NCBI GenBank assembly: GCA_950097015.1
Contig: CATNEN010000024.1
Span: forward strand, 744,001 to 808,000
Length of the DNA stretch: 64,000 nt
Reading direction: 5' to 3'
Source: Macrostomum hystrix
Taxonomy: Eukaryota; Animalia; Platyhelminthes
The position numbers and the translations under genes were made by a program. The notes beneath the pieces were generated by a model. That model worked only from the letters and a program-made list of their open reading frames with translations. It was not told the DNA's origin and ran no database searches. The first letter of the stretch is position 1. Each line of letters begins with the position of its first letter. Positions 36,995 through 50,203 of the stretch are shown one piece after another.

Positions 36995-39900
36995 TCACTT
37001 GTTGCCGGCAGAGGCGGCCTTCCTACTAACCGTCTTACTCTGATTGGCGTACTTTTTCTTTTCGTTGCGTGACATTCGACCAGAGTCGCGGCAGCCGCGG
37101 CCGCCCTCCCAGTGGGCCGTGCGCGCCCTGGACATGCCGGCGCCGCAGACGGCGCACCTGTCGCTAATCGGCTGCTCCCTGGCGCAGTGGCCGCAGAGCA
37201 TCCTCGAGGCCCAGGCCATCTCGTGCCGGTCGGCCTCCGGTGAAGCGGCCTGCGCCTCGTCGTGACAGATGTCGCACGGGAAGGCCCGGCCGCAGCAGGG
37301 GAAGCGGAGCCAGCGATAGCTGCGCTTGTAGTGACGGCAGGCGCCATGGCCGGGCAGCGGCTGGCCAGGCCGGATGTCCGGCTCGTTCAATTTCTTGGTC
37401 TTCTGCTTCTGCTGCTGCTGGCCGCCAGTCGCCTGAAAAAAAAAATTATTCCAATGAAAAAGGGATAAAATAAATAACTTTTAAACCATTTTAAATCACT
37501 TTTTATTGATTAGCGAAATACGGATTTCAAACAATGATGAAATTGACTCGCCGTAAGGGACCCAATTAGGCGGTGAACTCTCGCCGTCAGGGACCAAATT
37601 AGGCGGTGAACTCTCGCCGTCGGGGACTTAATTAGGCGGTGAACTCTCGCCGTCGAGGACCCAATTAGGCGGTGAACTCTCGCCGTCGAGGACCCAATTA
37701 GGCGGTGAACTCTCGCCATCAGGGACTTAATTAGGAGGTGAACTCTCGCCGTCAGGGACCCAATTAGGAGGTGAACTCTCGCCGTCAGGGACCCAATTAG
37801 GAGGTGAACTCTCGCCGTCGGGGACCCAATTAGGCGGTGAACTCTCGCCGTCAGGGACCAAATTAGGCAGTGAACTCTCGCCGTCAGGGACCCAGGGCGG
37901 TAATCACAACAAACGCAAAACTGACCTTTCCCTCTGACACCTCCGGTGCGCTGAGCATAGTCAGCCGGACGCCATCGGCCACAAGGCTGCCCCAGGCGTG
38001 ACAGCGCAGGCAGCAGTGGCGAAGCGGCTGGCCAAAGCCGCCGGCCAGCTGGCCGTGGTGGACGTGCGCCAGTTGGCAGCCGAGGCAGACGGTGACGAAC
38101 TCGCAGTCGCCGGCTGACAGCAGGATATCCTCGGCGGAGCAGCCGGTCAGGTCCAGGAAGCCGACTACGGCGGGACTGCCGCTGAGCGAATGCAGCAGGC
38201 TCGGACGGAAGCTGGCTCTCAGGGCGGAGCCGCACTGCGGGCAGGCCGTTGACAGGGGAGCCGCAGAGTCGTTGTCGCGCAATTCCGCAGTCAGCTTCCG
38301 TCGACAGCGAAGGCAGCGCAGCTCGGCGCGGAGTCGTCGAACAGTCAGCGAGGCCAAGTTTTCGCGCAGCTCAAGCCGACGCAGGGCGATCTCCGTGCCT
38401 CGCCGGACAGGATCTCGGAGCTGCGATCTCCGGCCTCGACCTTCTTCACTTTCTTCGGCTTCGATGTCGTCCTCCTCCTCGTCATCGTCTTCTTCATCGT
38501 CAGGGCCATCGTCATTGACAACATCTTCAGTCGGTTCCTGTCGGCCGGCGTTCTGTTGGGCAGCAGCGAACTTTGCCTTCAGCTGCTCCGGCGTGTAGAT
38601 CTCGATGCCAGACTGGGCCGCCTCCAGTTCGCGCTTGTACTGCGGAGGATCAGCGGCACTTGTTCAGCATTTTTGAAGGTCATCGGTACTATCTTTAGAC
38701 CCTCTCCAGATACTAGGCCATAGACACTCGGGATTCTAGGCCATAGACACTCTGGATTCTAGGCCATAGACACTCAGGATTCTAGGCCATAGACATTCAT
38801 GATTCTAGGTCACTCATAATTTGAACTCATAATTTTAGGCCATAGACACTCGGGATTCTTACCCATTAACATTCGGGGTTGTAGTCATTGACACTCATAA
38901 CTAGAGTGTCTATGGGTTCGAGCCATAGACGCTATTCGTCAGACACAGACTCACCAGTTTCAGGCCGGTGGTGAACAGGTCCTCCAGGCCGCGGTCTAGC
39001 CAGCGCAGGAACTGGCGGAACACAGGACAGGCGCAGTCGTTCCGCTGGCAGGCCAGCTGCCGTTCTGTTAGCCACTTGTTGATGCCGGCTTGACAGGTCC
39101 TGATCAGGCGAGGCGGCAGCTCAGACGATTCTCGCACAGTAACCTGCATCGCCTAGATAGAGAAGATTTAGGATAGCTCTACAATCTAAAAACATAAAAT
39201 CGTTTTATGTCTATAAAATCCTGGGTCATAGTGTCGTTTTTATCTCAAAGAATTTGGTTCATAGTGTCGTTATTTGAAAAGCATTTGGGTCATTGTCATT
39301 TGATATTAAAGAATTTAGGTCATAGTGTCGTGTTTATCTTAAAGAATTTGGGTCATAGTGTCGTGTTTATCTTAAAGAATTTGGGTCATTATGTCGCGTT
39401 TATCTTAAAGAATTTGGGTCATTATGTCGCGTTTATCTTAAAGAATTTGGGTCATTATGTCGTGTTTATCTTAAAGAATTTGGGTCATTATGTCGCGTTT
39501 ATCTTAAAGAATTTGGGTCATTATGTCGTGTTTATCTTAAAGAATTTGGGTCATTATGTCGTGTTTATATTAAAGAATTTGGGTCATAGTGTCATTTGTT
39601 ATTCAAGAATTTGGGTCATAGTGTCATTTGTTATTCAAGAATTTGGGTCATAGTGTAATTTTGTTTCTAATGAGTTTAGGTCATAGTGTCATTTTGTTTC
39701 TAATGAGTTTAGGTCATAGTGTCATTACATCCTAAACATTTTAGGACGCAGCGTCGTTCCGGTGGTCCGACCACATTACAGAGAAGACCAAACAGAGAAG
39801 CACAGTACAGCTACCTCCTTAGGAAAGGTGGCCGGGAAGGACACAGCCAGTGGCAGTGCTTTCACATCGTACGGCCAATCCGGATCTGTTGAACAGAAGT

Positions 39901-40576
39901 CAAACTCGAACACTTGTTGGCCGTCGTCGAATGTTCGCGTCAGCAATTCGCTCTTTGGTATGCGACGAATCAAAGTGTTTATTTCGGCTGTACGAAACTC
40001 AGCCGCGGTGGCTTCAGCCAGATTGGAAAGCGTTTTCTTAGCAGTCGCAGCATCAGCAGCAGTTGTCTGGACTGCGGGCTGCCGAATATGGGCCGGTCGA
40101 CTAATGCTGGCACTGGCTAGCTGCTCCGACAATTGTTCTTTATCATTGCCGATGGAATTTAAAGCTGAATTCTGCTGCTGCTGATGATGATCTGTCAGCG
40201 CGCCAGACGACGGATCAACATGGCGATACCAGCAGTTCTGGCCGCGCTTACAGCTGCCGCGCTGATAGAACACGCAGGCCTGCTTAGTCTGGGCCTTGCT
40301 CTCCTTGGCGTCAGCTACGGCTGGCCGGTCATGCCGCTCGAGGTCGTGACTGAATCTGCACTGGTCGCCGCGGGGACAGACTCCGTCTCGTTTTATAAAC
40401 CAACACAGGGTGCCAATTTTCACCGCCTGATTAGCGTGCCCGGCGTCAGTCTCGACTGCGGCTGGACGGGCGTGAACGAAGCGGCATTGGCTGCCATGGC
40501 GACATTTGCCGCGTTGGAAGAAGTAGCACAGCTGCTGCTGCTGCTCCAGCTGCTCTTGTTTATTCTCAAAGCTGGC
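36995..40576 (-). CDS. uncharacterised ~700-aa zinc-finger protein: 3 CCCH fingers, RWD/UBC-like region, acidic tract, CxxC ribbons, C-terminal CHY-type finger; 5' start unresolved
   Basis: Phase-0 exons 40576-39815, 39143-38955, 38639-37926, 37432-36995. CCCH motifs CYFFQRGKCRHGSQCRFVH, CWFIKRDGVCPRGDQCRFSH, CVFYQRGSCKRGQNCWYRH. CHY-like GACRHYKRSYRWLRFPCCGRAFPCDICHD...RMLCGHCAREQ...CAVC...HWEGGRGCRD. Confidence 0.85.
37545..37892. repeat. 33-bp minisatellite (AGGCGGTGAACTCTCGCCGTCAGGGACCCAATT)n, intronic
   Basis: Read directly. Confidence 0.95.
38705..38865. repeat. 22-bp minisatellite (GGATTCTAGGCCATAGACACTC)n, intronic
   Basis: Read directly; few degenerate copies. Confidence 0.85.
39215..39725. 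repeat. 33-bp minisatellite (AAGAATTTGGGTCATTATGTCGCGTTTATCTTA)n, intronic
   Basis: Read directly. Confidence 0.92.
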
Positions 40577-40819
40577 CTGCAGTTGTATTCATTGATTTAA
40601 TCAGCGAAATGTTTTTAATTTGCTACGAAATATAAAGAAACTTTTCCGAGCGAAGCTACTCACATATCAAGTAGTTTTATTTTGGTATTTCATTCTCGCA
40701 ATTTGTAGGCGATTCTTTGCTGAATTCAATGTGAACACTTCAAATAGATATTCTTAATTAACTTTCAACGAATTTTTGTCATTTCTAAAATATTCATTGT
40801 CGAACTAATACAATATAAG

Positions 40820-41470
40820 CCTGGTGAAGAGATTGTGAAGATTGGGCCTAATGAAGAGATTGTGTACATTGGGCCTAATGAAGAGATTGTGTACATTGGG
40901 CCTAGTGAAGAGATTGTGTACATTGGGCCAAAGAGATTGTGTAGATTGGGCCTAGTGAAGAGATTGTGTACACTGGGCCTAGTGAAGAGATTGTGTACCT
41001 TGGGCGTGTTGAAGAGATTGTGTACATTGGGCCAAGTGAAGAGATTGTGTACATTGGGCCTAGTGAAGAGATTGTGTACATTTGGCCTAGTGAAGAGATT
41101 GTGTACATTTGGCCTAGTGAAGAGATTGTGTACACTGGGCCTAGTAAAGAGATTGTGTACATTGGGCGTGTTGAAGAGATTGTGTACATTGGGCCTAGTG
41201 AAGAGATTGTGTACATTGGGCCAAGTGAAGAGATTGTGTACCTTGGGCGTGTTGAAGAGATTGTGTACATTGGGCCAAGTGAAGAGATTGTGTACCTTGG
41301 GCGTGTTGAAGTGATTGTGTACATTGGGCCAAGTGAAGAGATTGTGTACATTTGGCCAAAGAGATTGTGTACATTTGGCCTAGTGAAGAGATTGTGTACC
41401 TTGGGCCTGGTGAAGATATTGTGTACATTTGGCCTAATGAATAGATTTTGTACCTTGGGCGTGTTGAAGA
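40820..41470. repeat. 27-bp minisatellite (GAAGAGATTGTGTACATTGGGCCTAGT)n, intergenic
   Basis: Read directly. Confidence 0.95.
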
Positions 41471-42381
41471 GCTTGTGTACACTAAACCTGTAGCAGACAA
41501 AATTGTCTGAAAGAATTGGCACAGATTTTAAGTGGGCTGGGAATAAATAAGTGTAGATAACGTGACAGAAAGATGTTTAGTTCAACAGTATTCCCTATCA
41601 GCAGGTAAACAACAATAACGAATTATTATTAAGACTATAACAGCTAAAAGCTAAAGAAGTAAAGATAGACATTGATATAGCTTACATAATTTAATAAGAA
41701 AGGATTTTCCGAGGCTACACGCGACAGTTGCTGCAAGCAAACAGAATATTTGTGTATTTTAGCGCGCATTTTGCACACGAAAAAGATATTCGTTTCTATT
41801 TGGAAACTTATGACAGTTCAGTCATAGTAGAATATTGAAAAGAATATTTCTCTCTGTACAAGTCGAAATTGGATTTGCTGTCACTAGTTACCAACAACGC
41901 ATTTGTGCATATATTTATAAGCGTATATCACAGGTCAGTACAACTAGAAAAGTTTTTTACGCTTGAAGTCGCTATATTATAATATACTAAGTATACTGTG
42001 CCTAAGCTTCTGCTAACATTCTCTATAACAAATTTTCTAGAATGCAGAAGCAGGAACAGTAGTCAGCAGAATATACACAGGAAAAAGTATTTCAACTAAG
42101 CATAAACTCGCCTTAACCGTGCTATTGTTATATTATTTTTATTGACAAAAATATGTATAAAGAAAATATGCATCACAAAGCGATAATAATCTTAGCGCTC
42201 TCGAGTTTGTTGAGTAATGGTTTAGGAACCATTAGTGAGACATTTAAAACAGAAATTAACTATCAATTAATGAATCCCGTGCATAGCAACAAAAATAATT
42301 AAACTTAATGCATGAAAACTTTGTGGGATTGATTGAGAAATAGAAATTAATTAAATCTGGATTATAGAAATTGGCCCGAAA

Positions 42382-42685
42382 GGGACAGGAGCCAAGTGGT
42401 TAGAGCGTTGGAATCTTCACTCTAGGGTCCTTGGTTCGATTCTCAAACGCACAAGAAAAATTTGAGTATTTTAGCAACACACTTAACTCTGCATTTTCTC
42501 AATTCAACCAGCTGTTAAATGGGTACCCCATCTAGCGGGGTAATTGAGGGTGGGTGTGGCGTCCAATAGTCCATGGACTAAACAGCCGTACGCAGCTTTC
42601 AGATGTACGTACGCGAAATAGCCGCGGCTGTGCTATCGGCTGCACATCAGAGCCAAATGAGGCGTGTAATCGATTGTTACTATTA
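42382..42685 (+). mobile_element. tRNA-derived SINE with CORE-like central domain (copy 1)
   Basis: A-box-like AGCCAAGTGG, B-box GGTTCGATTC, then ACACTTAACTCTGC...CCAGCTGTTAAATGGGTACC. Shares a 25-bp identical block GGGGTAATTGAGGGTGGGTGTGGCG and the 3' block GCGGCTGTGCT..CGGCTGCACATC with the copy at 50596-50861. Confidence 0.8.
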
Positions 42686-42823
42686 TAACCCTAGTGTAAG
42701 TTACAGCTTGACCTTTATTATACCATTTTTGTGATTTGTTGCAGTTACCACAAAAAACAGTGGCCCGAATTGTTCGTGCTCTTTCATAGACACTTTCAAT
42801 GCGAGAATTCTACAACAAAAAGT

Positions 42824-43831
42824 TCAAGACCTCAGCGCAGCCAGCCGGTCTCGCATGGCGTCCAAGTCCTCCTCTTCGGGCTCCGAGGAGGCGCCGCCAG
42901 TGGCGCCGGCGGCCGCTGCAGCGCCAGCCTCGGGCAGGCGATCCTGCACTGCGTCCGGCGCCGTGCCCATCACGCCGTTAGTCAAGTCGAAGAGGATCTT
43001 GTCAACCTCATTGTTGGCGTCGGCCTCCAACTCGTCGTCATCGCCAAGGACGCCGCTCATTGCGTCCTCCATCATTTCGTCCATGATGCCCATTTTGGTC
43101 ATCTCGCGGCTCATCTCCATCATGGTCTGCTGTATCTCCGGCACACGGACCAGCTTCTGCATGGCCTGCATCACCTGTTGCGGCGGTTCGCGGGGGTTCA
43201 AGGTATTGAGGGGCTGTAGGCGTTTAGGGGTTGAGGGGTGAATGGTTGCAGATGCTAGGGTGATTCCAGGGGTTGAGGGGTGATTCCCAGTTTCATGAGG
43301 AGTTGCGGGGTGATTCCCAGTTTAATGAGGGTTGCTAGGTGATTCCCAGTTTAATGAGGGTTGCTAGGTGATTCCCAGTTTCATGAGGAGTTGCGGGGTG
43401 ATTCCCAGTTTCATGGGGAGTTGCGGGGTGATTCCCAGTTTCATGAGGAGTTGCGGGGTGATTCCCAGTTTCATGAGGAGTTGCGGGGTGATTCCCAGTC
43501 GTCTCACCTGCGTGCTCTTCTGCATAGCGCCAGCCATCCGGGTGACCGCCACCTGGTGGTCCATCTCCATCATGACTGAATTCATCTGGGCCTTGGCTGC
43601 GTACAGCCTGTTAACGGCTTTGCGAGTCTGTAGCACCTCCTTGGCAACTACAAGAGCCGCTGATTTGTTCCCAGATTTGCAGTACTTTTTAATTTCAGCC
43701 TCGGCAGCTTTTTGCTTGCGCTGAATGGCGCCAATGTCTCGGTCCAATCTGTAGCCCTCTTTGCGAAGTTTGGACTTCATTTCGCGCACCTGCTCCTTTG
43801 GATCTTTGGCCTTCTCACCGAATAGCCCCAT
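42824..43831 (-). CDS. CHMP3: ESCRT-III subunit CHMP3/Vps24, 224 aa
   Basis: Exons 43831-43508 and 43174-42824 (phase 0). MGLFGEKAKDPKEQVRE...AKAQMNSV...QKSTQVMQAMQKLVRVPEIQQTM...GIMDEM...EVDKILFDLT...MRDRLAALRS (MIM1 end). AATAAA at 42714-42719 (-). Confidence 0.95.
43255..43499. repeat. 30-bp minisatellite (GTGATTCCCAGTTTCATGAGGAGTTGCGGG)n filling the CHMP3 intron
   Basis: Read directly; starts 8 nt from the donor. Confidence 0.93.
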
Positions 43832-43954
43832 GTTCTATTTGGCGCTAAAGCATTTAAACAGGTCAGTATTCAGTATTTAGACGTTTTCTACTTTCGTTTT
43901 GTCACTTAGTGGCCCCTAAATAATTGCTAATCACATTCTACTAATTGATTGGTT

Positions 43955-46900
43955 ATTGAGTGGGTCTTCCTAATCCCATTCTGTTATTGAGTAGGTCTTC
44001 CTAATCCCGTTCTGTTATTGAGTGGGTCTCCCTAATCCCATTCTGTTATTGACTGGGTTTTCCTAATCCCATTCTGTTATTGAGTGGGTCTTCCTAATCC
44101 TATTGCTATTGAGTGGGTCTTCCTAATCCCATTCTGCTATTGAGTGGGTCTTCCTAATCCCATTCTGTTATTGAGTGGGTCTTCCTAATCCTATTGCTAT
44201 TGAGTGGGTCTTCCTAATCCCATTCTGTTATTGAGTGAGTCTTCCTAATCCTATTGCTATTGAGTGGGTCTTCCTAATCCCATTCTGCTATTGAGTGGGT
44301 CTTCCTAATCCCATTCTGTTATTGAGTGGGTCTTCCTAATCCCATTCTGTTATTGAGTGGGTCTCCCTAATCCCATTCTGTTATTGACTGGGTTTTCCTA
44401 ATCCCATTCTGTTATTGAGTGGGTTTTCCTAATCCTATTGCTATTGAGTGGGTCTTCCTAATCCCATTCTGCTATTGAGTGGGTCTTCCTAATCCCATTC
44501 TGTTATTGAGTGGGTTTTCCTAATCCCATTCTGTTATTGAGTGGGTCTTCCTAATCCCATTCTGCTATTGAGTGGGTCTTCCTAATCCCATTCTGATATT
44601 GAGTGTGTCTTCCTAATCCCATTCTGTTATTGAGTGGGTCTTCCTAATCCCATTCTGTTATTGAGTGTGTCTTCTTAATCCCATTATGTTATTGAGTGGG
44701 TCTTCTTAATCCCATTCTGTTATTGAGTGTGTCTTCTTAATCCCATTCTGTTATTGAGTGGGTCTTCCTAATCCCATTCTGTTATTGAGTGGGTCTCCCT
44801 AATCCCATTCTGTTATTGACTGGGTTTTCCTAATCCCATTCTGTTATTGAGTGGGTCTTCCTAATCCTATTGCTATTGAGTGGGTCTTCCTAATCCCATT
44901 CTGCTATTGAGTGGGTCTTCCTAATCCCATTCTGTTATTGAGTGGGTTTTCCTAATCCCATTCTGTTATTGAGTGGGTCTTCCTAATCCCATTCTGCTAT
45001 TGAGTGGGTCTTCCTAATCCCATTCTGATATTGAGTGTGTCTTCCTAATCCCATTCTGTTATTGAGTGGGTCTTCCTAATCCCATTCTGTTATTGAGTGT
45101 GTCTTCCTAATCCCATTCTGTTATTGAGTGGGCCTTCTTAATCCCATTATGTTATTGAGTGGGTCTTCTTAATCCCATTATGTTATTGAGTGTGTCTTCC
45201 TAATCCCATTCTGTTATTGAGTGTGTCTTCTTAATCCCATTCTGTTATTGAGTGTGTCTTCTTAATCCCATTATGTTATTGAGTGGGTCTTCTTAATCCC
45301 ATTCTGTTATTGAGTGTGTCTTCTTAATCCCATTCTGTTATTGAGTGTGTCTTCCTAATCCCATTCTGTTATTGAGTGTGTCTTCCTAATCCCATTCTGT
45401 TATTGAGTGGGTCTTCCTAATCCCATTCTGTAATTAAGTGTATCTTCCTAATCCCATTCTGTTATAGAGTGTGTCTTCCTAATCCCATTCTGTTATAGAG
45501 TGGGTCTTCCTAATCCCATTCGGTTATTGAGTGGGTCTTCATAATCCCATTCTGTAATTGAGTGGGTCTTCATAATCCCATTCTGTAATTGAGTGGGTCT
45601 TCATAATCCCATTCTGTTATTGAGTGGGTCTTCATAATCCCATTCTGTTATTGAGTGGGTCTTCATAATCCCATTCTGTTATTGAGTGTGTCTTCCTAAT
45701 CCCATTCTGTTATAGAGTGGGTCTTCCTAATCCCATTCTGTTATTGAGTGGGTCTTCATAATCCCATTCTGTTATTGAGTGTGTCTTCCTAATCCCATTC
45801 TGTTATTGAGTGTGTCTTCCTAATCCCATTCTGTTATAGAGTGTGTCTTCCTAATCCTATTCTGTTATTGAGTGTGTCTTCCTAATCCCATTCTGTTATT
45901 GAGTGGGTCTTCATAATCCCATTCTGTTATTGAGTGTGTCTTCCTAATCCCATTCTGTTATAGAGTGGGTCTTCCTAATCCCATTCTGTTATTGAGTAGG
46001 TCTTCCTAATCCCGTTCTGTTATTGAGTGGGTCTCCCTAATCCCATTCTGTTATTGACTGGGTTTTCCTAATCCCATTCTGTTATTGAGTGGGTCTTCCT
46101 AATCCTATTGCTATTGAGTGGGTCTTCCTAATCCCATTCTGCTATTGAGTGGGTCTTCCTAATCCCATTCTGTTATTGAGTGGGTCTTCCTAATCCTATT
46201 GCTATTGAGTGGGTCTTCCTAATCCCATTCTGTTATTGAGTGAGTCTTCCTAATCCTATTGCTATTGAGTGGGTCTTCCTAATCCCATTCTGCTATTGAG
46301 TGGGTCTTCCTAATCCCATTCTGTTATTGAGTGGGTCTTCCTAATCCCATTCTGTTATTGAGTGGGTCTCCCTAATCCCATTCTGTTATTGACTGGGTTT
46401 TCCTAATCCCATTCTGTTATTGAGTGGGTTTTCCTAATCCTATTGCTATTGAGTGGGTCTTCCTAATCCCATTCTGCTATTGAGTGGGTCTTCCTAATCC
46501 CATTCTGTTATTGAGTGGGTTTTCCTAATCCCATTCTGTTATTGAGTGGGTCTTCCTAATCCCATTCTGCTATTGAGTGGGTCTTCCTAATCCCATTCTG
46601 ATATTGAGTGTGTCTTCCTAATCCCATTCTGTTATTGAGTGGGTCTTCCTAATCCCATTCTGTTATTGAGTGTGTCTTCTTAATCCCATTATGTTATTGA
46701 GTGGGTCTTCTTAATCCCATTCTGTTATAGAGTGTGTCTTCCTAATCCTATTCTGTTATTGAGTGTGTCTTCCTAATCCCATTCTGTTATTGAGTGGGTC
46801 TTCCTAATCCCATTCTGTTATTGAGTGTGTCTTCTTAATCCCATTATGTTATTGAGTGGGTCTTCTTAATCCCATTCTGTTATAGAGTGTGTCTTCCTAA

Positions 46901-47520
46901 TCCTATTCTGTTATTGAGTGTGTCTTCCTAATCCCATTCTGTTATTGAGTGTGTCTTCATAATCCCATTCTGTTATTGAGTGTGTCTTCCTAATCCCATT
47001 CTGTTATAGAGTGGGTCTTCCTAATCCCATTCTGTTATTGAGTGGGTCTTCATAATCCCATTCTGTTATTGAGTGTGTCTTCATAATCCCATTCTGTTAT
47101 TGAGTGTGTCTTCCTAATCCCATTCTGTTATTGAGTGTGTCTTCCTAATCCCATTCTGTTATAGAGTGTGTCTTCCTAATCCTATTCTGTTATTGAGTGT
47201 GTCTTCCTAATCCCATTCTGTTATTGAGTGGGTCTTCCTAATCCCATTCTGTTATTGAGTGGGTCTTCATAATCCCATTCTGTTATTGAGTGTGTCTTCC
47301 TAATCCCATTCTGTAATTGAGTGGGTCTTCATAATCCCATTCTGTTATTGAGTGGGCCTTCTTAATCCCATTCTGTTATTGAGTGTGTCTTCCTAATCCC
47401 ATTCTGTTATTGACTGGGTTTTCCTAATCCCATTCTGTTATTGAGTGGGTCTTCCTAATCCCGTTCTGTTATTGAGTGGGTCTTCCTAATCCCATTCTGT
47501 TATTGAGTGGGTCTTCATAA
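43955..47520. repeat. 31-bp minisatellite (CCTAATCCCATTCTGTTATTGAGTGGGTCTT)n, ~3.5 kb, between CHCHD2 and CHMP3
   Basis: More than 100 tandem copies with an internal 2005-bp duplication. Confidence 0.97.
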
Positions 47521-47931
47521 TCTAATTATTGACAGTCTTTTAGTTTAAAAAATCAAAAATAATGAAAGAAACTAAACTTTACTCATAGTAAATTATGGGT
47601 TGCTATAATCGGAGTTGTTATCTATTTATTCGCATATCCTACTTCCAGTATTATTTAATCAGTGACAATACTAATAAACTACTGTGTTTTCGAGTAATAT
47701 TTCCCAGAAAAAACTACGATATTTCTAAACCTAGTCTACATCTAAACGCATAGAGTTGACAATGAACAACTAGTTTATATCAAATTCTGGATAAAGAAAT
47801 TATTGAATTTTAGGTTAATGTTTTAATTGTTTAGAGGCAAAAAAACCAACCTATTCAGAAGAAAAAATTGCGCACACAAAAAGATGACAAACCCAGAGTT
47901 GGTCTGCTTTTTTATTAAACTAGTTAAAGTC

Positions 47932-48396
47932 TCACTGCCACTGACTGGCTGGCGCGGCGGCAGTGCCAAAACGCTGCCTGCACTGCTTGAGCATCTCGCT
48001 ATAACCGGCGCACAGATTGATATCAGCCTGGTTGACAGTGCACTGCATTAGCTGGTCAATCTCGTACTGGCACGGCTGCTGCTGCTGCTGCTGTTGCTGC
48101 TGCTGGTAGGGCTGGGCAGCGCCAGCCGATTCAACGGCGCCGCTGCTGCTACCGCCGCTGAAGCTGCCAGTGATGGCGTGGCCGATTGTATGCCCGATGG
48201 CGACTCCGCCAGCGGTGGCGGCCATGTTAGCCAAGAAGCCGCCTCCGCCTCCGCCGGAGGGAGCCGGGACCGGAGCCGGCGGTTGGGCAGCGGGCCTGGC
48301 CGCTGGAACGCTGCTGCTAGTGCGCGCAGGCGGCGGGGCTGCTGGCCTGCGCATGAAGCCGCCGCCACCTCCTCCTCCGCCAGATCTGCGACCCAT
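47932..48396 (-). CDS. CHCHD2: CHCHD2/CHCHD10 (Mix17/HAR-1) mitochondrial twin CX9C protein, 154 aa
   Basis: Arg/Gly-rich N-terminus, GFLANMAATAGGVAIGHTIGHAITG helix, CQYEIDQLMQC...CAGYSEMLKQC twin CX9C. Confidence 0.93.
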   Translation of the reverse strand: MGRRSGGGGGGGGFMRRPAAPPPARTSSSVPAARPAAQPPAPVPAPSGGGGGGFLANMAATAGGVAIGHTIGHAITGSFSGGSSSGAVESAGAAQPYQQQQQQQQQQPCQYEIDQLMQCTVNQADINLCAGYSEMLKQCRQRFGTAAAPASQWQ

Positions 48397-48619
48397 TGTC
48401 TAGTTAGGGATTATAGCTGAAAATGGAGAAAACTATTAACAACACTAACAAAAAAGGACTTTCAAAAAGCATCTATTCAAACGAGATGTCTATAATATTA
48501 GAGTATTAGGAGGCATTGGAATGGGATAACTATTAGGCAAAAATTTGGGATTTTCAAGAAAAAATGTAACAAGAAGATTTACGCTAGACGTGTTAATGGG
48601 ATTAAAAAAGTCGTACAAA

Positions 48620-49200
48620 TGGAATTTCTAAGGGAATTAGAAATTGGATTTTAGGAAAACTGGAAATGGGATTTCTAGGAGACTTATAAATGGGATTTCT
48701 AGGAGACTTTGGAATAGGATTTCTAGGAGACTTATAAATGGGATTTCTAGGAGACCAAGGAATGGGATTTCTAGGAGACCAAGGAATGGGATTTCTAGGA
48801 GACTTATTAATGGGATTTCTAGGAGAATTAGAAACGGGATTTCTAGGAGACTTAAAAATAAGATTTTTAGGAGACTTAGGAATGGGATTTTTATGAGACT
48901 TATAAATGGGATTTTTATGAGACTTATAAATGGGAGACTTATGAATATGATTTCTAGGAGACTTAAGAATGGGATTTCTAACAGAATTAGGAATGCGATT
49001 TTTAGGAAACGTGGGAATGGGATTTCCAGGAAACATGGGAATGGAATTTCTATGAGACTAATGGAATGGGATTTCCTGAAACGTAGGAATGCTATTTTTA
49101 GGATATGTGGGAATGGAATCTTTATTGAACGCGGGAACGTGATAAGCAGGAGACATGAAGTGGGATTTTCATTAGTCATAGGAATGGGATTTTAGGAAGA
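48620..49200. repeat. 24-bp minisatellite (AATGGGATTTCTAGGAGACTTATA)n, degenerate
   Basis: Read directly. Confidence 0.88.
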
Positions 49201-50203
49201 CGTGCTATTGGACTGTTTAGTAGACTTTAGTAGACGTGAGAATGGAATTACTTGGAGAGGCGGAGGTGGAAGCTTCCGTTCAAATGGGATACAAGTTCAT
49301 TTGGGATTTTCGCATTTAACTTATTATCATTATTTTACACAACTTAAATTTGATTTAACAAAAATTTAAGCTAGTTAGAAATAAAAAAACGGAAAAATAC
49401 TTTAATTTTTTAAACTTTAAACATGCTTAAATTTCCGTGTGTATCATCAGCTGTCGGAGTCACAAAAGCCCTTCTCAACACAACACCAGAAAGAAAATTG
49501 AACGATGAAATAAAACTGCCAATGAGAAAACAAAAAGAGACAAAACAACTAAACCACGAATTACTATTACTGAGACACGTACCAAAAAATAAACTGAAAA
49601 AATGATAACGGGTGGGGTGGGGAGAAATAAGGCTAGAACACACTAAACAAAGCTTAGAATGTCGTTGATGCAGCTTATATTTGTGTAACAAAATTAATAC
49701 CAAGGAGTTATCGCAAAATACTCGTACGAATATGGCCTAATTTTACTAATTCATACATAAACTAACAGTCTCACAAATATGTACCAATAAGGAGTGACAC
49801 CAGTGAGAGTAAATTGGTAAGGAACAGAAAAATGTCTGCAAAAATGGCAAAAAACGTTTATGTAAAAGCACAGATAATAACTTAGCCAAGCTGGTATTTA
49901 TTTACTACTTAAAGTAGAAAAATTTTATTCTGCGAAACTGATTCGTTTTTATCTTTGGCACAGCAGAAACAGTAATAATAGTAATAAATGTCTGACTGTC
50001 TGATGAACACTGTTTACAGGAACTAAAATTACACAAGTAGAACGAGATAAGAATCAGAAAGCCGGACAATAAAGTAACAGACTTACTCTGGGAACAAAAC
50101 AAATATATTCGCTGACTATCTGATTAGCAGAAATCTATATAATGTATGTTAACGGACTATTTAGTTGACCAGTTAATTAAATTAGGATTGCAAGCCAGGT
50201 TCT

